This document shows positions 1 to 11,611 of a stretch of DNA of 64,000 nt, in pieces. The position numbers and the translations under genes were made by a program. The notes beneath the pieces are model-generated. The model had not been told where the DNA came from. It worked only from the letters and a program-made list of their open reading frames with translations, and did not search any database. The stretch's first letter is position 1; the number at the start of each line of letters is the position of its first letter. Source of the stretch: Candidatus Latescibacterota bacterium (GTDB taxonomy: Bacteria > Latescibacterota > UBA2968 > UBA8231); contig OZ252098.1 of assembly GCA_965248355.1 (NCBI GenBank), positions 3,232,001 through 3,296,000 of the forward strand, written 5' to 3'.

Positions 1-765
1 CCGAGTTGGTGGCCTCGATGCCCGCCCGGATGCGGTAGCGCGGCCGGAATTGGCCGCTGGCTTGGGCCCGTCGCCGTCGCTCGAGATTGGTCGCGGCCAG
101 GTCCACGGTCAACCGGTAGCCGTCCTCGCTCCCCTTCCGCGGGGCCGGACATCGATGGAACAACGGACAGGCTTCACAGGTGGGACGGTCGAAGGTCAAC
201 GTCAGCCGATACGGGTGCGTCGCATGGGGCGTCTGCCCGGTCGAGAAATGGCCGCCCGGACACACGGCCGGGTCCTCGCCGCGCACGTCGACGTGGAAGT
301 CGGCGCTCGTCAAGGGCCGCTCCTCCGGGGCCTCGGCTTCGACCGCCACGGCCCGGCCGCTCACCGGGCTGACCAGTTCGGTGCCGAGGCGCTCGGCGTC
401 CACGGCATTTTCGGCCGAGCCGTAGGCGGTGTCGGCCACCAACTCCTGCGGCTGCTGATCGCGCTCGACCAGATCCTCGAGGATCGGCATCGTCGCTTGC
501 GTCCCGGGCACAGGCCTCGGTCAGTTCCACGTGGGTGATCACTTGCACGCGGTTGTCCGGGTGACAGGTCTCGGCGATCTGCACTTCGTATCCCTTGCCC
601 TTGCGCGCGTTGTAGGTGGCGTCCGGGTCGTGAGGACTCTGCAACGACGCACTGCTCACCTCTTCGGGCGCCTTCAGCACCACCGGCACGCGGCGTTCGC
701 CGGCGTCGTCGTCGTCGCGCCGCGGCTTCTTGCGCTTCGTGCCGACGGTGCACTGTTCCTGTTCC
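1..765 (-). pseudogene. IS1182-like (DDE_Tnp_1_6) transposase remnant, 5'-truncated, at least 2 frameshifts, runs off the window edge
   Basis: Minus-strand pieces in changing frames: SLQSPHDPDATY..KGKGYEVQIAETC, then LVADTAYGS, CPGGH..CEACPLFHRCP, then FRPRYRIRAGIEATNS. Frame changes near 495 and 140. No left IS end; joined directly to helicase sequence at about 765. Confidence 0.75.
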
Positions 766-2405
766 GCATGTGGTCGAGCAGCTCACGATATACCTCTTTC
801 CGGATAGCGCGGCTGGCCTGCTTCAGCAATGGGTGCGAGTCGGCGAACAACTCGTCGTCCGCGGCGAGATCGTCGAGGCCGAGGTACTCCACCTGGACCA
901 TCTCGAGCTGCTCCAGGTTCGGGTTGGTATAGCGCCAGCCGCGTAGTTGATCGAACCACACGCGGTAGGCGAGCACCTGGCGGAGCGTGCCCTCGGCCTC
1001 CTGCAAGTTGAAGCCGCGCAGCGAGGGCTCCAGTAGCCACTCGGCGCGGATCTGCGCATCCGATCGCTCGAAGCCAAGCGTGCGCTGCACGGCGACGCCC
1101 AGCTCGTCGTTGCGGAGCCCTTTCGAGCCTGTTTCCTGTAGCGCGCCAAGAAAGCCCGCGCGAACCAGGCTCACGAAGAGGAAGTCGTTGAAGTGGCCGG
1201 CCTGCAGTGCGGCGTCCTGCCGGTTGTCGGTGAAGCCGAGAAGCTTCCGTGTGTAGCGGTCCATCGCCGACTCGGTGCCGTGCATCCAGCGGTAGTACTT
1301 CTTGAGCCGCGGGCGGCCGCTGGCGTCGAACTCGAGCCAGGTCTCGGGGTAGTCCTCATCGCGGTCGTCGAATCTGAAGTCGCGATCGTTGGGCGGGTGC
1401 GGTGTCAAGAAAGCCGAAGATCTCGCCCTCGGGCTGCGTCTCTTGCGGGTCTGCGTCGGCTTCGTCCTGCTTGGTCGGTGGCGCGTCATCCGCGTCATCA
1501 ATGTCACGCGCGAGGAAGACCAAACCCTCTTCCTGTTGCACCAAACGCACCGGGTAATATTCGTGCCCGCATTCCCGACAGAAGTGAACGGCGTAAAGTC
1601 GCTTGTCCGCGTGGCCGGGAAGGAACTGCTGACCATCCACCGTCACTTTGCGTGTGCCGGGCGGCTCCATCGTCATATAGGTGTGGCCCGCACCCGAGAT
1701 GAACTGGTGGAGCTTGAACGAGTAGAAGCTGCTCTGGCTTGCCCCAGCGTTCGAGGTCCGTAACCGCTCGGGGACGCTCGACACGAGAAGAAGCTCTCGC
1801 AGCACCTTCGCGCAGGCAGCCTCAGGTCGACCGGCTTCCGCCGACAGCCTGCCCACCGCGTCGGTCACCGTCATCGGCTTCGCCCGGACCCAGCGCTGGT
1901 CGACATCCGAGAACGAGATGCCAAGCCGCGTCTCCACCCAAACCGCGAGCGGGTGCTCCCGAAGTGCCGCGTCGGAGATGTCCGGCGGTATGCCGGCATC
2001 GATTGCCATGCCAAGGTCGGGCCCGACTGAATCGGCGGTGGCAGACGAATCGGTGACGCGCTCAAGCGTCTCGGACCCCGTGCCGGTCGTCACCACGAAG
2101 CTCTCCCCCTCTGTAGCGACCGCGACGGCCTGCTCCTGGTGCTTGTAGAGGGACAGCGGCTGACCCTCCGCGCGGAAGATGTCGGCGCAACCAGGGTGGA
2201 GGACGCCGTTCGCAACCAAGGCGCCAACGTCGGTCGAGCGCTTGTAGCTCGGGTTGATCTGGATGAGCGGCTCAGGCCAATAGCGATCCTCGGCGTAGAT
2301 GGCCTCAACCTGCTCGCTGATGTCGGGAGCGTGGATCGTCGTGAACGAAGTGGCGAAGCGCTTGTATTCGTCGACGACGCTGTCGCGGAGGGCAAAAACG
2401 TCCAG
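766..2405 (-). pseudogene. DEAD/DEAH-box (YprA/DUF1998-type) helicase remnant with internal deletions and a frameshift
   Basis: LDVFALRDSVVDEYKRF..YWPEPLIQINPSY, Q-motif LYKHQEQA, Walker A cut at TTGTGS|ETLERV (no GKS, no DEAH), KLHQFISG, FCRECG, then a frameshift near 1400 and KLLGFTDNRQDAALQAGHFND..GWRYTNPNLEQL. Confidence 0.8.
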
Positions 2406-2446
2406 CGCAGGTGCGCTTTCTACCCTCGCACCGTCCGAACTCGGCC

Positions 2447-3621
2447 TAGTGTCGCGTCCGACAAATGAGTTGTAAAAACAGAGTCAAGGCCTTATCTTCA
2501 GGCCATGGCCCGCCCGGTGTCCCGCCTTGAGTTGACCGCGTCCGAGCGACAGGAGTTGGAGCGTCGCGTCAGGGCCCCCTCCGCGTCCCAGCGCGACAGC
2601 CTGCGCGCGGCCATCGTCCTGCGCCGGGCCGAAGGGATCAAGCAGGTGCAGGTGGCCGCCGAGTTGGGCGCCAGTGTGGCGTGTGTGAACAAGTGGTCGC
2701 AACGCTTTGATCGCGAGGGTTTGGCGGGACTGAACGACGCCAAGGGCCGGGGCCGGCCGGCGAGCTTGCCGGCGGACAAGGTCGAGCAGGTCCTCACCGC
2801 GGTCACGCAGCCGCCGAAGCCGCGCACGCGCTGGAGCGTGCGCTCGATGGCCCAGGCGGCGGGGATGTCGCCGGACAGCGTGCACCGGATCTGGAAGGCC
2901 AACGACATCAAGCCCCATTTGACCAAGACCTTCAAGGTCTCCACGGACCCGCACTTCGAGGAAAAATTCTGGGACGTGATCGGGCTCTACCTGGATCCCC
3001 CCGAGCGCGCGCTGGTGCTGTGCTGTGACGAGAAGAGCCAGTGCCAGGCGCTGGAACGGACCCAGCCGGGCTTGCCGCTGGGGATCGGCGACATCCGCAC
3101 CCGGACCCACGATTACAAGCGCCACGGTACGATCACCTTGTTCGCCGCGCTCAACTACCTCGACGGCAAGCTCATCGCGCGTCTGGAGGCGCGTCATACC
3201 CACGTCGAATGGCTCCGCTTTCTCAAGCAGATCGACCGCGAGACGCCCAAGAACCTGTCGCTGCACCTGATCGTGGACAACGCCGGCCCCCACAAGGAGG
3301 AGAGCGTGCAGCATTGGTTGTCTCGGCATCGGCGCTTCCATGTCCATTTCACCCCCACCAGTTCCTCCTGGATGAACTTGGTCGAACGGTTCTTCGGCGA
3401 GCTGACGCAGGATGTGATTCGGGACGGCAGCTTTGCCAGCGTCGGGGAGTTGGTGCGCGACATCGAAGCCTACTTGGCGCAGCGGAACTTGGCCCCCAAA
3501 CCCTACCGCTGGAAGGCCGACGGCGAGACCATCCTGCGCAAGATCCAGCGCGCTCGGGAGACGGTGGCGGCGACATCGGACAGCCCTTGTTGATTCTTCT
3601 TAATTCTCGGACGGGACACTA
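2447..3621 (+). mobile_element. IS630-family insertion sequence, apparently intact
   Basis: Imperfect terminal inverted repeats TAGTGTCGCGTCCGACAA (from 2447) and TTCTCGGACGGGACACTA (to 3621). CTAG context at both ends, consistent with TA target duplication. Confidence 0.92.
2505..3593 (+). CDS. IS630-family transposase (362 aa)
   Basis: N-terminal HTH region; DDE motifs CCDEKSQCQALER, HDYKRHGT, LIVDN, PTSSSWMNLVERFF. Confidence 0.95.
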   Translation: MARPVSRLELTASERQELERRVRAPSASQRDSLRAAIVLRRAEGIKQVQVAAELGASVACVNKWSQRFDREGLAGLNDAKGRGRPASLPADKVEQVLTAVTQPPKPRTRWSVRSMAQAAGMSPDSVHRIWKANDIKPHLTKTFKVSTDPHFEEKFWDVIGLYLDPPERALVLCCDEKSQCQALERTQPGLPLGIGDIRTRTHDYKRHGTITLFAALNYLDGKLIARLEARHTHVEWLRFLKQIDRETPKNLSLHLIVDNAGPHKEESVQHWLSRHRRFHVHFTPTSSSWMNLVERFFGELTQDVIRDGSFASVGELVRDIEAYLAQRNLAPKPYRWKADGETILRKIQRARETVAATSDSPC

Positions 3622-3670
3622 GGTGAATGCATAGGCAGGATAAACGGGATTTTGGCCAGGAAGAAAACGG

Positions 3671-3754
3671 TGCCGAAGGTGGGACTCGAACCCACACGGG
3701 GTTGCCCCCACTGGATTTTGAATCCAGCGCGTCTACCAGTTCCGCCACTTCGGC
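3671..3754 (-). tRNA. tRNA-Leu (anticodon CAA)
   Basis: GCCGAAG acceptor stem, D-arm TGGCGGAACTGGTAGACGC, anticodon arm CTGGA-TTCAAAA-TCCAG, long variable arm, T-loop GGTTCGAGTCC. 3' end reads ACCG, so CCA is not fully encoded. Confidence 0.97.
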
Positions 3755-3764
3755 CAATCGACCG

Positions 3765-4346
3765 CTACCAGCGCCAGTCCTCTTCCCGGTCGGCCTTGCA
3801 GGCCCCCAGGATCTCGGCGTAGACCACCGCCTCGCGGGCCCGGTCCGGCGTCAGCTTCCATGGACTCCGGCGGCGGAGGAGGGCCGCATCCGCCGGCCCG
3901 GTCGCCCCCAGCTTACGCATCCGCGCCGCCATGCGCTGGCGGGACCGCTGGATCTCCTGGGCCCGCTGGCGGGCCCGCTCTTCCTCGTCACGGGCCCGCT
4001 GCTCCGCCTCCTTGGCCTGGCGCTCCAGCTGCTCGAGGAGGGATTGGCCATCCGCCGGCGCCGCCGTCTCCAGCACGACCACCTCGCCGTCCTCCGGCTC
4101 GGGCTCCGCCGGACGGGGAGCGGGACTCGGCTCGAAGGGGTCGCCGCCGGGGAAAGGCCACCCGCCCCACTCCTCTTCCTTCTCCTTCTCCTCTTCCTGC
4201 TCCGCCTCTACCGCAGCGGACGGCCCTTCCTTCGTCTGCTGCCGGCGCTGGGACTCCTCCTCCCGTTGCCGGCGCCGCTTGCGCCGCTCCAGCAAGGCCG
4301 AGACGACGCTGAACACCAGGAACAGGATGAGTAGCAGTTGCTCCAC
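3765..4346 (-). CDS. Membrane-anchored charged protein, in the position of yqfB downstream of floA
   Basis: N-terminal TM helix, E/R-rich coiled coil, C-terminal AREAVVYAEILG; operonic with floA. Confidence 0.7.
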   Translation of the reverse strand: MEQLLLILFLVFSVVSALLERRKRRRQREEESQRRQQTKEGPSAAVEAEQEEEKEKEEEWGGWPFPGGDPFEPSPAPRPAEPEPEDGEVVVLETAAPADGQSLLEQLERQAKEAEQRARDEEERARQRAQEIQRSRQRMAARMRKLGATGPADAALLRRRSPWKLTPDRAREAVVYAEILGACKADREEDWRW

Positions 4347-4358
4347 GGCTCACCGGCC

Positions 4359-5348
4359 TCAGCTGCGGTCGTCGCCGGAATCACCCTCGTCGGTCTCGGA
4401 TATGGAGGTCCGCATATCCGTGTCCGACTGGATGTTCCGCATCCGGTAGTAGTCCATGATCCCGAGATTGCCCGTGCGGAAGGCCTCGGCGATGGCCCGC
4501 GGCACTTCCGCCTCCGCCTCCTTCACCCGCGCCGACATCTCCTCCACGAGCGCCCTCATCTCCTGCTCGGCGGCCTGGGCCATGGCGCGCCGCTCCTCCG
4601 CCTTGGCCTGGGCGATCTTGAGATCGGCCTCGGCCTGCTCGGTCTGCAGCTTGGCGCCGATGTTGTCGCCCACGTCGACGTCGGCGATGTCGATGGACAG
4701 GATCTCGAAGGCGGTGCCCGAGTCGAGCCCCTTGCCCAGGACGGTCTTGGAAATCGAGTCGGGGTTCTCCAGCACCTGCTTGTGGGTGTCGGCCGAGCCG
4801 ACGGTGGTCACCACGCCCTCGCCGACGCGGGCGATGATGGTCTCCTCGCCGGCGCCGCCCACGAGGCGGTCGATATTGGCCCGCACGGTGACCCGCGCCG
4901 TGGCCTTGACCTGGATGCCGTCCTTGGCCACGGCGGCGATCAGGGGCGTGTTGATGACCTTGGGATTGACGCTGACCTTGACCGCCTCGAGCACATCGCG
5001 CCCGGCCAAGTCGATGGCGGCGGCGCGCTCGAAGGTCAGCTCGATGTTGGCCTTGTCGGCCGAGATCAGGGCGAGGATGACGGCATCGACGTTGCCGCCG
5101 GCCAGGTAGTGGGCCTCCATCCGTTCCAGCGCCACCTCGATGCCCGCCTTCTCGGCGCTGATTCTCGGACGCACGATGGAGCCGGGCGGCACCTTGCGCA
5201 GACGCATACCCACAAGGTCGCTGAAGATACTCACCTTGACGCCCGAGAAGTACGCCGTGATCCATAGCCCGATGGGCACGAAGTAGGTGAACAGGCTCAG
5301 GAAAATGATGATCGCGAAAAGGATCGCGATGTAGAGCAGAACCTCCAT
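4359..5348 (-). CDS. floA: Flotillin-like protein FloA (YqfA/UPF0365)
   Basis: [15 protein letters not shown] motif, [33 protein letters not shown]. Confidence 0.93.
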   Translation of the reverse strand: MEVLLYIAILFAIIIFLSLFTYFVPIGLWITAYFSGVKVSIFSDLVGMRLRKVPPGSIVRPRISAEKAGIEVALERMEAHYLAGGNVDAVILALISADKANIELTFERAAAIDLAGRDVLEAVKVSVNPKVINTPLIAAVAKDGIQVKATARVTVRANIDRLVGGAGEETIIARVGEGVVTTVGSADTHKQVLENPDSISKTVLGKGLDSGTAFEILSIDIADVDVGDNIGAKLQTEQAEADLKIAQAKAEERRAMAQAAEQEMRALVEEMSARVKEAEAEVPRAIAEAFRTGNLGIMDYYRMRNIQSDTDMRTSISETDEGDSGDDRS

Positions 5349-5369
5349 TGGGGTCTCCTTTGGTTTCCG

Positions 5370-5876
5370 CTACTGTGCGCGCTCGTGCACGACGACGCGG
5401 TTGCCGTGCACTTCCAGCACCGCCACGGTGGCGCCGGCGGCGATGAAGGCGCCGTCGGTCACCACGTCCACCATCTCGTTGCCGAAACGGGCCCGGCCCG
5501 CCGGCCGCAGCGCCGTCAGGGCGATGCCCTCCTGGCCGGCCAGTCCCTCCAGCTCACCCGTGGCGGAATCGTATCCCGAGGCCCGGTCGGTGCGGTCCTC
5601 GCGCACCATCCGCTGCCAGGCCCGGTTGCGGATGAGCAGCCAGACGAGGGCGCCGGTGCCGCTGAAGCCGAGGACGCCGATGACGGTGGCCGCCTCGGGC
5701 CCGAGCCGCCTGTAGGCGAAGAGGACGCCGACACAGACCGTGCCGAACCCCAGGACCCCGAAGAGGTTGAACCCGGGAATGACGAAGACCTCGAGCAGGA
5801 TCAGCACCAGGCCGAGCACGAGCAGGCCCACGCTGTAGATCCAGGGCAGCGCCTCGGAGCTGAACAGTCCTTCCAC
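5370..5876 (-). CDS. Short NfeD-family membrane protein (TM plus OB-fold)
   Basis: LLEVFVIPGF TM motif; C-terminal GIALTALRPAGRARFGNEMVDVVTDG. Confidence 0.85.
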   Translation of the reverse strand: MEGLFSSEALPWIYSVGLLVLGLVLILLEVFVIPGFNLFGVLGFGTVCVGVLFAYRRLGPEAATVIGVLGFSGTGALVWLLIRNRAWQRMVREDRTDRASGYDSATGELEGLAGQEGIALTALRPAGRARFGNEMVDVVTDGAFIAAGATVAVLEVHGNRVVVHERAQ

Positions 5877-5885
5877 GTCCCCTCC

Positions 5886-7316
5886 TCAGATGGCCCGCAC
5901 CACGACGCGGCTGCCGCGGGCCTGGACGATGCGCACCGTCGTCTGTTCCTCGATATACTCGCCCTCGGCGATGATGTCCAGGCGCTTGCCGGCGAACTGG
6001 CCGATCCCCACGGGCCGCAGCTCGGTGAGGGCTACCCCCTCCATGCCGACGAGCTCCTGGTCCTGGTCCGTCGAGGCCGACACGTAGCCGTCGGCGGCCG
6101 AGGTCCGGCCCGCCAGGATCAGGTGGCGGAAGGCGGGCACCTTGGGCAGGGACCGCAGCAGGATCAGGGCGGCAACGATGCCGATGATCATGGACAGGGA
6201 GAACTGGCCGACGACGCCGCTGATCTGCTCGATGCTCCAGAATTCGAAGGCGGGCAGCCGGGTCAGCAGCACGCTGGCCAGCATGCACAGGAACCCGGCC
6301 ACGCCCGCCAGTCCGAAGCCGGGGATGAAGGCGATCTCGGCGAACAGCAGGCCAAGGCCGACGAAGAACAGGAGCAGCTCCTCCCAGTCGGCCAGGTGGA
6401 CGATGAGGTGGCTGCCGAAGAACAGGGCGAGGGCCAGCAGGGCCATCGATCCGCCCAGGCCCCAGCCGGGCGTGCGCACCTCGGCGATCAGTCCGAAGAG
6501 GGCCACCGACAGCAGGATGGAGGTGACGATGGGATGGGTGAGCAGGCGGACGACGCGCTCGGCCAGGTTGATCTCTACCTCCACGACCTCGGCGTCCGCC
6601 AGATCGTAGATGGCCAGCAGCTCGGGCAGGGACTGGGCGCTCTCGTCGGCGAGGCCGTACTGCAGGGCCTGGTTGGTGGTCAACGTCGCCGGCCGGCCCA
6701 CCTCGTCGCTGAAGCCGGGGATGTAGATGCGCTCGTCGACCATGGCCTCGGCGATCTCGGGATCGCGCCCCGTGCGCTCCGCCGTGGCCCGCATCTCGGC
6801 GCTCATGACCGACACGTACTTGTCGCCGGCTTTCTCGCCTGTGCCGGAGACCGGCGTGGTGGCGCCGATGGTGCCGCCCTTGACCATGACGATCTTGTCG
6901 CAGGCCAGCGAGATCAGGGCGCCGGCGGAGATGGCCCGCTTGTCGATGAAGGCGATGGTGAGGGACTCGGCGTCGATGATGGCGTCGCGGATGACGGAAG
7001 CGGCGTCGACGCGGCCGCCGAAGGTGTCGATCTCGAAGACCAAGGCGTCGACGCCGGCTTCGTCGGCGTCCTCCACGACGCGCTCCACGTAGGCGGTGAT
7101 CCCGGGGTCGATCATGCCGCCCTCGGTGTCCACCGTGCGCAGCCGGAGCAGGTGGATCAGGGGACGGCCGGCCTCCTCGGGGGCGGTCCCGGCCTCGCCG
7201 GCCGGCGCCTCCTGGCCGCCGAGAGGAAGGGCCGCCAGCAGGAGCGCCGCCGCCGCCGGCAGGCGCGTCCATCGCTTTGGGAGGGGGATAGGGAACATTC
7301 TAGACAGGGGTGACAA
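5886..7316 (-). CDS. nfeD: Long NfeD (YqeZ-like) with ClpP-like protease domain, TM bundle and OB-fold; start may be ATG 7298
   Basis: IDTFGGRVDAA, AISAGALISLAC, IAEAMVD, EVRTPGWG, LTELRPVG; signal peptide. Confidence 0.88.
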   Translation of the reverse strand: MSPLSRMFPIPLPKRWTRLPAAAALLLAALPLGGQEAPAGEAGTAPEEAGRPLIHLLRLRTVDTEGGMIDPGITAYVERVVEDADEAGVDALVFEIDTFGGRVDAASVIRDAIIDAESLTIAFIDKRAISAGALISLACDKIVMVKGGTIGATTPVSGTGEKAGDKYVSVMSAEMRATAERTGRDPEIAEAMVDERIYIPGFSDEVGRPATLTTNQALQYGLADESAQSLPELLAIYDLADAEVVEVEINLAERVVRLLTHPIVTSILLSVALFGLIAEVRTPGWGLGGSMALLALALFFGSHLIVHLADWEELLLFFVGLGLLFAEIAFIPGFGLAGVAGFLCMLASVLLTRLPAFEFWSIEQISGVVGQFSLSMIIGIVAALILLRSLPKVPAFRHLILAGRTSAADGYVSASTDQDQELVGMEGVALTELRPVGIGQFAGKRLDIIAEGEYIEEQTTVRIVQARGSRVVVRAI

Positions 7317-7398
7317 GGGGCTAGATCTTACCCCCGGCCCTCCGTCCTTGTCAATCGAGCCGGCCCCTCCCTACCCTATGGCGCGGGAGGGAGAACGG

Positions 7399-8391
7399 AT
7401 GAGAGTTCTCGAGGCCCCGGTCCGTTGGGGCATCATCGGCTGCGGCGACGTGACGGAAATGAAGTCGGGCCCCGGGCTGCAGAAGGCGCGCGACTCGGAG
7501 CTGGTCGCCGTGATGCGGCGCCACCGCGAGAAGGCCCGCGACTACGCCCGGCGCCACGGCGTGGCGCGCTGGTACGACGACGCCGCGGCCCTGATCGAGG
7601 ACGAGGGCGTCGACGCCGTGTACGTGGCCACGCCGCCGGACTCGCACCCCGAGTACACGCTCCGCGCCGCCGCCGCCGGCAAGCCGGTCTACGTGGAGAA
7701 GCCCATGGCGCGCACCGGCGCCGAGTGCGAGCGGATGGTTCGGGCCTGCCGCCGAGCCGGCGTGCCCCTCTTCGTCGCCTACTACCGGCGCCGCCTGCCC
7801 CCGCACATGAAGGTGGCCGAGCTGCTCGGCCAAGGTGCCGTGGGCGACGTCCGCACGGTCGCCATCCGGCTGTTCAAGTCTCCCGCCGGCGGCGACCGGC
7901 GGCGCGACTTCCTGCCCTGGCGGGTCGATCCCGCCGTCGCCGGAGAGGGCGGCCACTTCCACGATCTGGGCTGCCACCAGCTCGACCTCCTCGACTTCCT
8001 TCTGGGTCCGATCGAGGAGGCCGGAGGCGTGGGCCTGTGCCTGGGCGGACTCTACCCTTGCCGCGACACGGTCACCGCCTCCTGGCGTCACGAGTCGGGG
8101 GCCGCCGGCACCGGCGCCTGGTGCTTCGTCGCCGACGAGGCGAGCCGCGCCGAGGAGATCGAGATCGCCGGCAGCGACGGACGTCTGAGCTTCGCCGCCT
8201 TCGACCTGGAGCGCCCCGTGCGCCTGGAGCGCGGCTCCGAGGTGGAGGAGTTCGCCGTGCCCGTCCCCGCCCACGTGCAGCAGCCCCTGATCCAGAGCGT
8301 CGTCGACGACCTGCTCGGACGCGGCGCCTGTCCCAGCACCGGCGACAGCGCCCTGCGCACGGCCCGGGTGATGGACCGCATTCTGGGGTGA
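7399..8391 (+). CDS. Gfo/Idh/MocA-family oxidoreductase
   Basis: WGIIGCGDV, VYVATPPDSH, VYVEKPMA, DLGCHQLD; GGGAGG RBS before ATG 7399. Confidence 0.9.
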   Translation: MRVLEAPVRWGIIGCGDVTEMKSGPGLQKARDSELVAVMRRHREKARDYARRHGVARWYDDAAALIEDEGVDAVYVATPPDSHPEYTLRAAAAGKPVYVEKPMARTGAECERMVRACRRAGVPLFVAYYRRRLPPHMKVAELLGQGAVGDVRTVAIRLFKSPAGGDRRRDFLPWRVDPAVAGEGGHFHDLGCHQLDLLDFLLGPIEEAGGVGLCLGGLYPCRDTVTASWRHESGAAGTGAWCFVADEASRAEEIEIAGSDGRLSFAAFDLERPVRLERGSEVEEFAVPVPAHVQQPLIQSVVDDLLGRGACPSTGDSALRTARVMDRILG

Positions 8392-8431
8392 CGGGACTTC
8401 ACCGCCCGGAGGCCCCGGGGGTGACGGTGGA

Positions 8432-9829
<1,398 letters not shown>

Positions 9830-9849
9830 GGTTCTCTTTCCTGGTTCGC

Positions 9850-11112
9850 CTACCTGGGCAGGGCGATGGTGAAGCACGCCCCCTCCCCGGGGACGCTGTC
9901 CACGGTGAGGCGTCCGCCGTGGGCTTCGACGATCTTGCGGGAGGTCACCAGCCCCAGGCCGGTGCCGTCCTCCTTGGTGGTGAAGAAGGGCGTGAACAGC
10001 TTGTGGCGGGCTTCTTCGGCGATGCCGTCGCCGGAGTCGCGCACGGCCACCAGGGCCCACTCGCCGTCCTCCCGGCAGACCTCGGTGATCCGCAGGACGA
10101 TGGGGCCGCCTCCGGACATGGCCTGGGCGGCGTTGAGAAGGAGGTTGAGGACGACCTGGCGGAAGCGCTCCACGTCGACCTGGCAGGTGCACCCGTGGGC
10201 CGGGAAGTCGCGGCGGATGGTCACGCCGGGACTCCGGCCCTCGGCGTCGACCTCGAAGAAGGCCGCCGCCTCTTCCACGGCCTGCGCCAGGTCGACGGGC
10301 CGGGTGTTCAGATTCAGGGGACGGGTGTAGCTCAGCAGACTGGAGACGATGCGGTTCAGCCGGGCCACGCCCTCGGTGATCTTGCCCACCAGGCGCCGGC
10401 TCGGGTGGTCGGCCGGGAGGTCCCGGTCGAGCAGGTTGGCGAAGCTGGCGATCCCGCCGAGAGGATTGCGGATCTCGTGAGCCACGGTGGCGGCCATCTC
10501 GCCGAGGGCGGCCAGGGTGTGCATCCGGCGCACCTGGCTCTCCAGACGCTTGACCTCGGTCAGATCGCTGAAGACCTCGATGGCGCCGAGGACCTCGCCA
10601 TTGCCCTCGCGCACCACGGAGGTGCTGAAGCCGAGGGGGATCGTGCGGCCGTCGGGAAGGCGCAGGTCCTTCTCCTGGTTCCGCAGGCTCTCGCCGGTCT
10701 CCAGGGTGTGGAGGACCGACGGCTCCCCTTCCTCCCGTCCCATGACCTCTTCGTAGGTCCGGCCGATGACCTCCTCCTGGGAGCGGCCCGTGATCTCCTC
10801 GGCGGTCCGGTTGAACAGGGTGATGCGACGGTCGAGCCCAAGCACGAGCAGGCCCCCCGTCATGCTCTCGAGGATGTTGTTCAGGTAGTTGCTGACCCGG
10901 TCCTTTTCCTCGAGGCTGTCGCGCAACTCCCGGTTCGTCTCCCCGAGGCGCACGTTGAGGAACTCGAAGCGTTCCTCGAGCTGCCTGTAGGCCTCCAGGT
11001 AGCGCCGCGCCGTGTCCTCGAACAGCTCGGACGAACCGTCGAGGGCCTCCTCGAGAGGCGCGCCTGCGCCCAACTGGAGCACGGGATCGGGGGGGGGATC
11101 GGACGAGGCCAT
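9850..11112 (-). CDS. Cytoplasmic PAS-domain sensor histidine kinase
   Basis: PAS domain, H-box [41 protein letters not shown] before ATG 11112; no TM segment. Confidence 0.92.
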   Translation of the reverse strand: MASSDPPPDPVLQLGAGAPLEEALDGSSELFEDTARRYLEAYRQLEERFEFLNVRLGETNRELRDSLEEKDRVSNYLNNILESMTGGLLVLGLDRRITLFNRTAEEITGRSQEEVIGRTYEEVMGREEGEPSVLHTLETGESLRNQEKDLRLPDGRTIPLGFSTSVVREGNGEVLGAIEVFSDLTEVKRLESQVRRMHTLAALGEMAATVAHEIRNPLGGIASFANLLDRDLPADHPSRRLVGKITEGVARLNRIVSSLLSYTRPLNLNTRPVDLAQAVEEAAAFFEVDAEGRSPGVTIRRDFPAHGCTCQVDVERFRQVVLNLLLNAAQAMSGGGPIVLRITEVCREDGEWALVAVRDSGDGIAEEARHKLFTPFFTTKEDGTGLGLVTSRKIVEAHGGRLTVDSVPGEGACFTIALPR

Positions 11113-11258
11113 CGAACTCCTTGCCATCCGGCGGGACGGATGGACCGCGACCGGCGGGTCGGCGGGCACGGCTTCCGCGGCGGCCCCGGCGCCGCCGTCG
11201 CGGCGCCAGTTCCAGAGGATGACCGTGCCCGGGGGAGGGGGGGCTCCGCTTGCTGACG

Positions 11259-11279
11259 GGGGAGCTCCGCGAGCTCCCC
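11259..11279 (-). terminator. Hairpin just after the rpoZ-like gene
   Basis: GGGGAGCTC-CGC-GAGCTCCCC 9-bp stem; no clear U-tract. Confidence 0.4.
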
Positions 11280-11285
11280 GGCGCT

Positions 11286-11549
11286 TCAGCCCTCGGGGGT
11301 GGGAGCCTGTTCCGCGGTCCCTTCGGCCCCTTCGTCGTTGACGACGATGCGGCCGTCGGAGTACTCGTTGAGGGCGCCCACGGCCGGATGGGGCAGTTGG
11401 ATCTCGGAACCTTCGGGGACCTGTCGGAAGCGGCTGTTGATCTCGCGCGCCCGCAGGGATAGGGCGCGGCAGGCCGCGTAGGAGTTGTGGGTGCCTTCCA
11501 GGCTGAAGTCAACCTCGCGGTTGAACATCGTACGCTGGGCGTTGAGCAT
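11286..11549 (-). CDS. rpoZ: RNA polymerase omega subunit-like protein (divergent)
   Basis: 87 aa with [17 protein letters not shown] and [15 protein letters not shown], matching the omega pattern N.Y......RAR.I..P...AL.E...G.I; AAAGGGAG RBS. Confidence 0.7.
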   Translation of the reverse strand: MLNAQRTMFNREVDFSLEGTHNSYAACRALSLRAREINSRFRQVPEGSEIQLPHPAVGALNEYSDGRIVVNDEGAEGTAEQAPTPEG

Positions 11550-11611
11550 GCGGATCTCCCTTTATGTGGGTCAACAGGGCGCTTCCGTAAACGAACATAG
11601 GACCATTCCCA

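Noticed and set aside
674..2219. Functional anti-phage helicase system
   Set aside because: The Walker A lysine and DEAH motif are missing, the gene is frameshifted and truncated, and no partner genes are in the window.
3503..3757. 84-aa ORF MAEVAELVDALDSKSS
   Set aside because: It is a translation of the tRNA-Leu gene.
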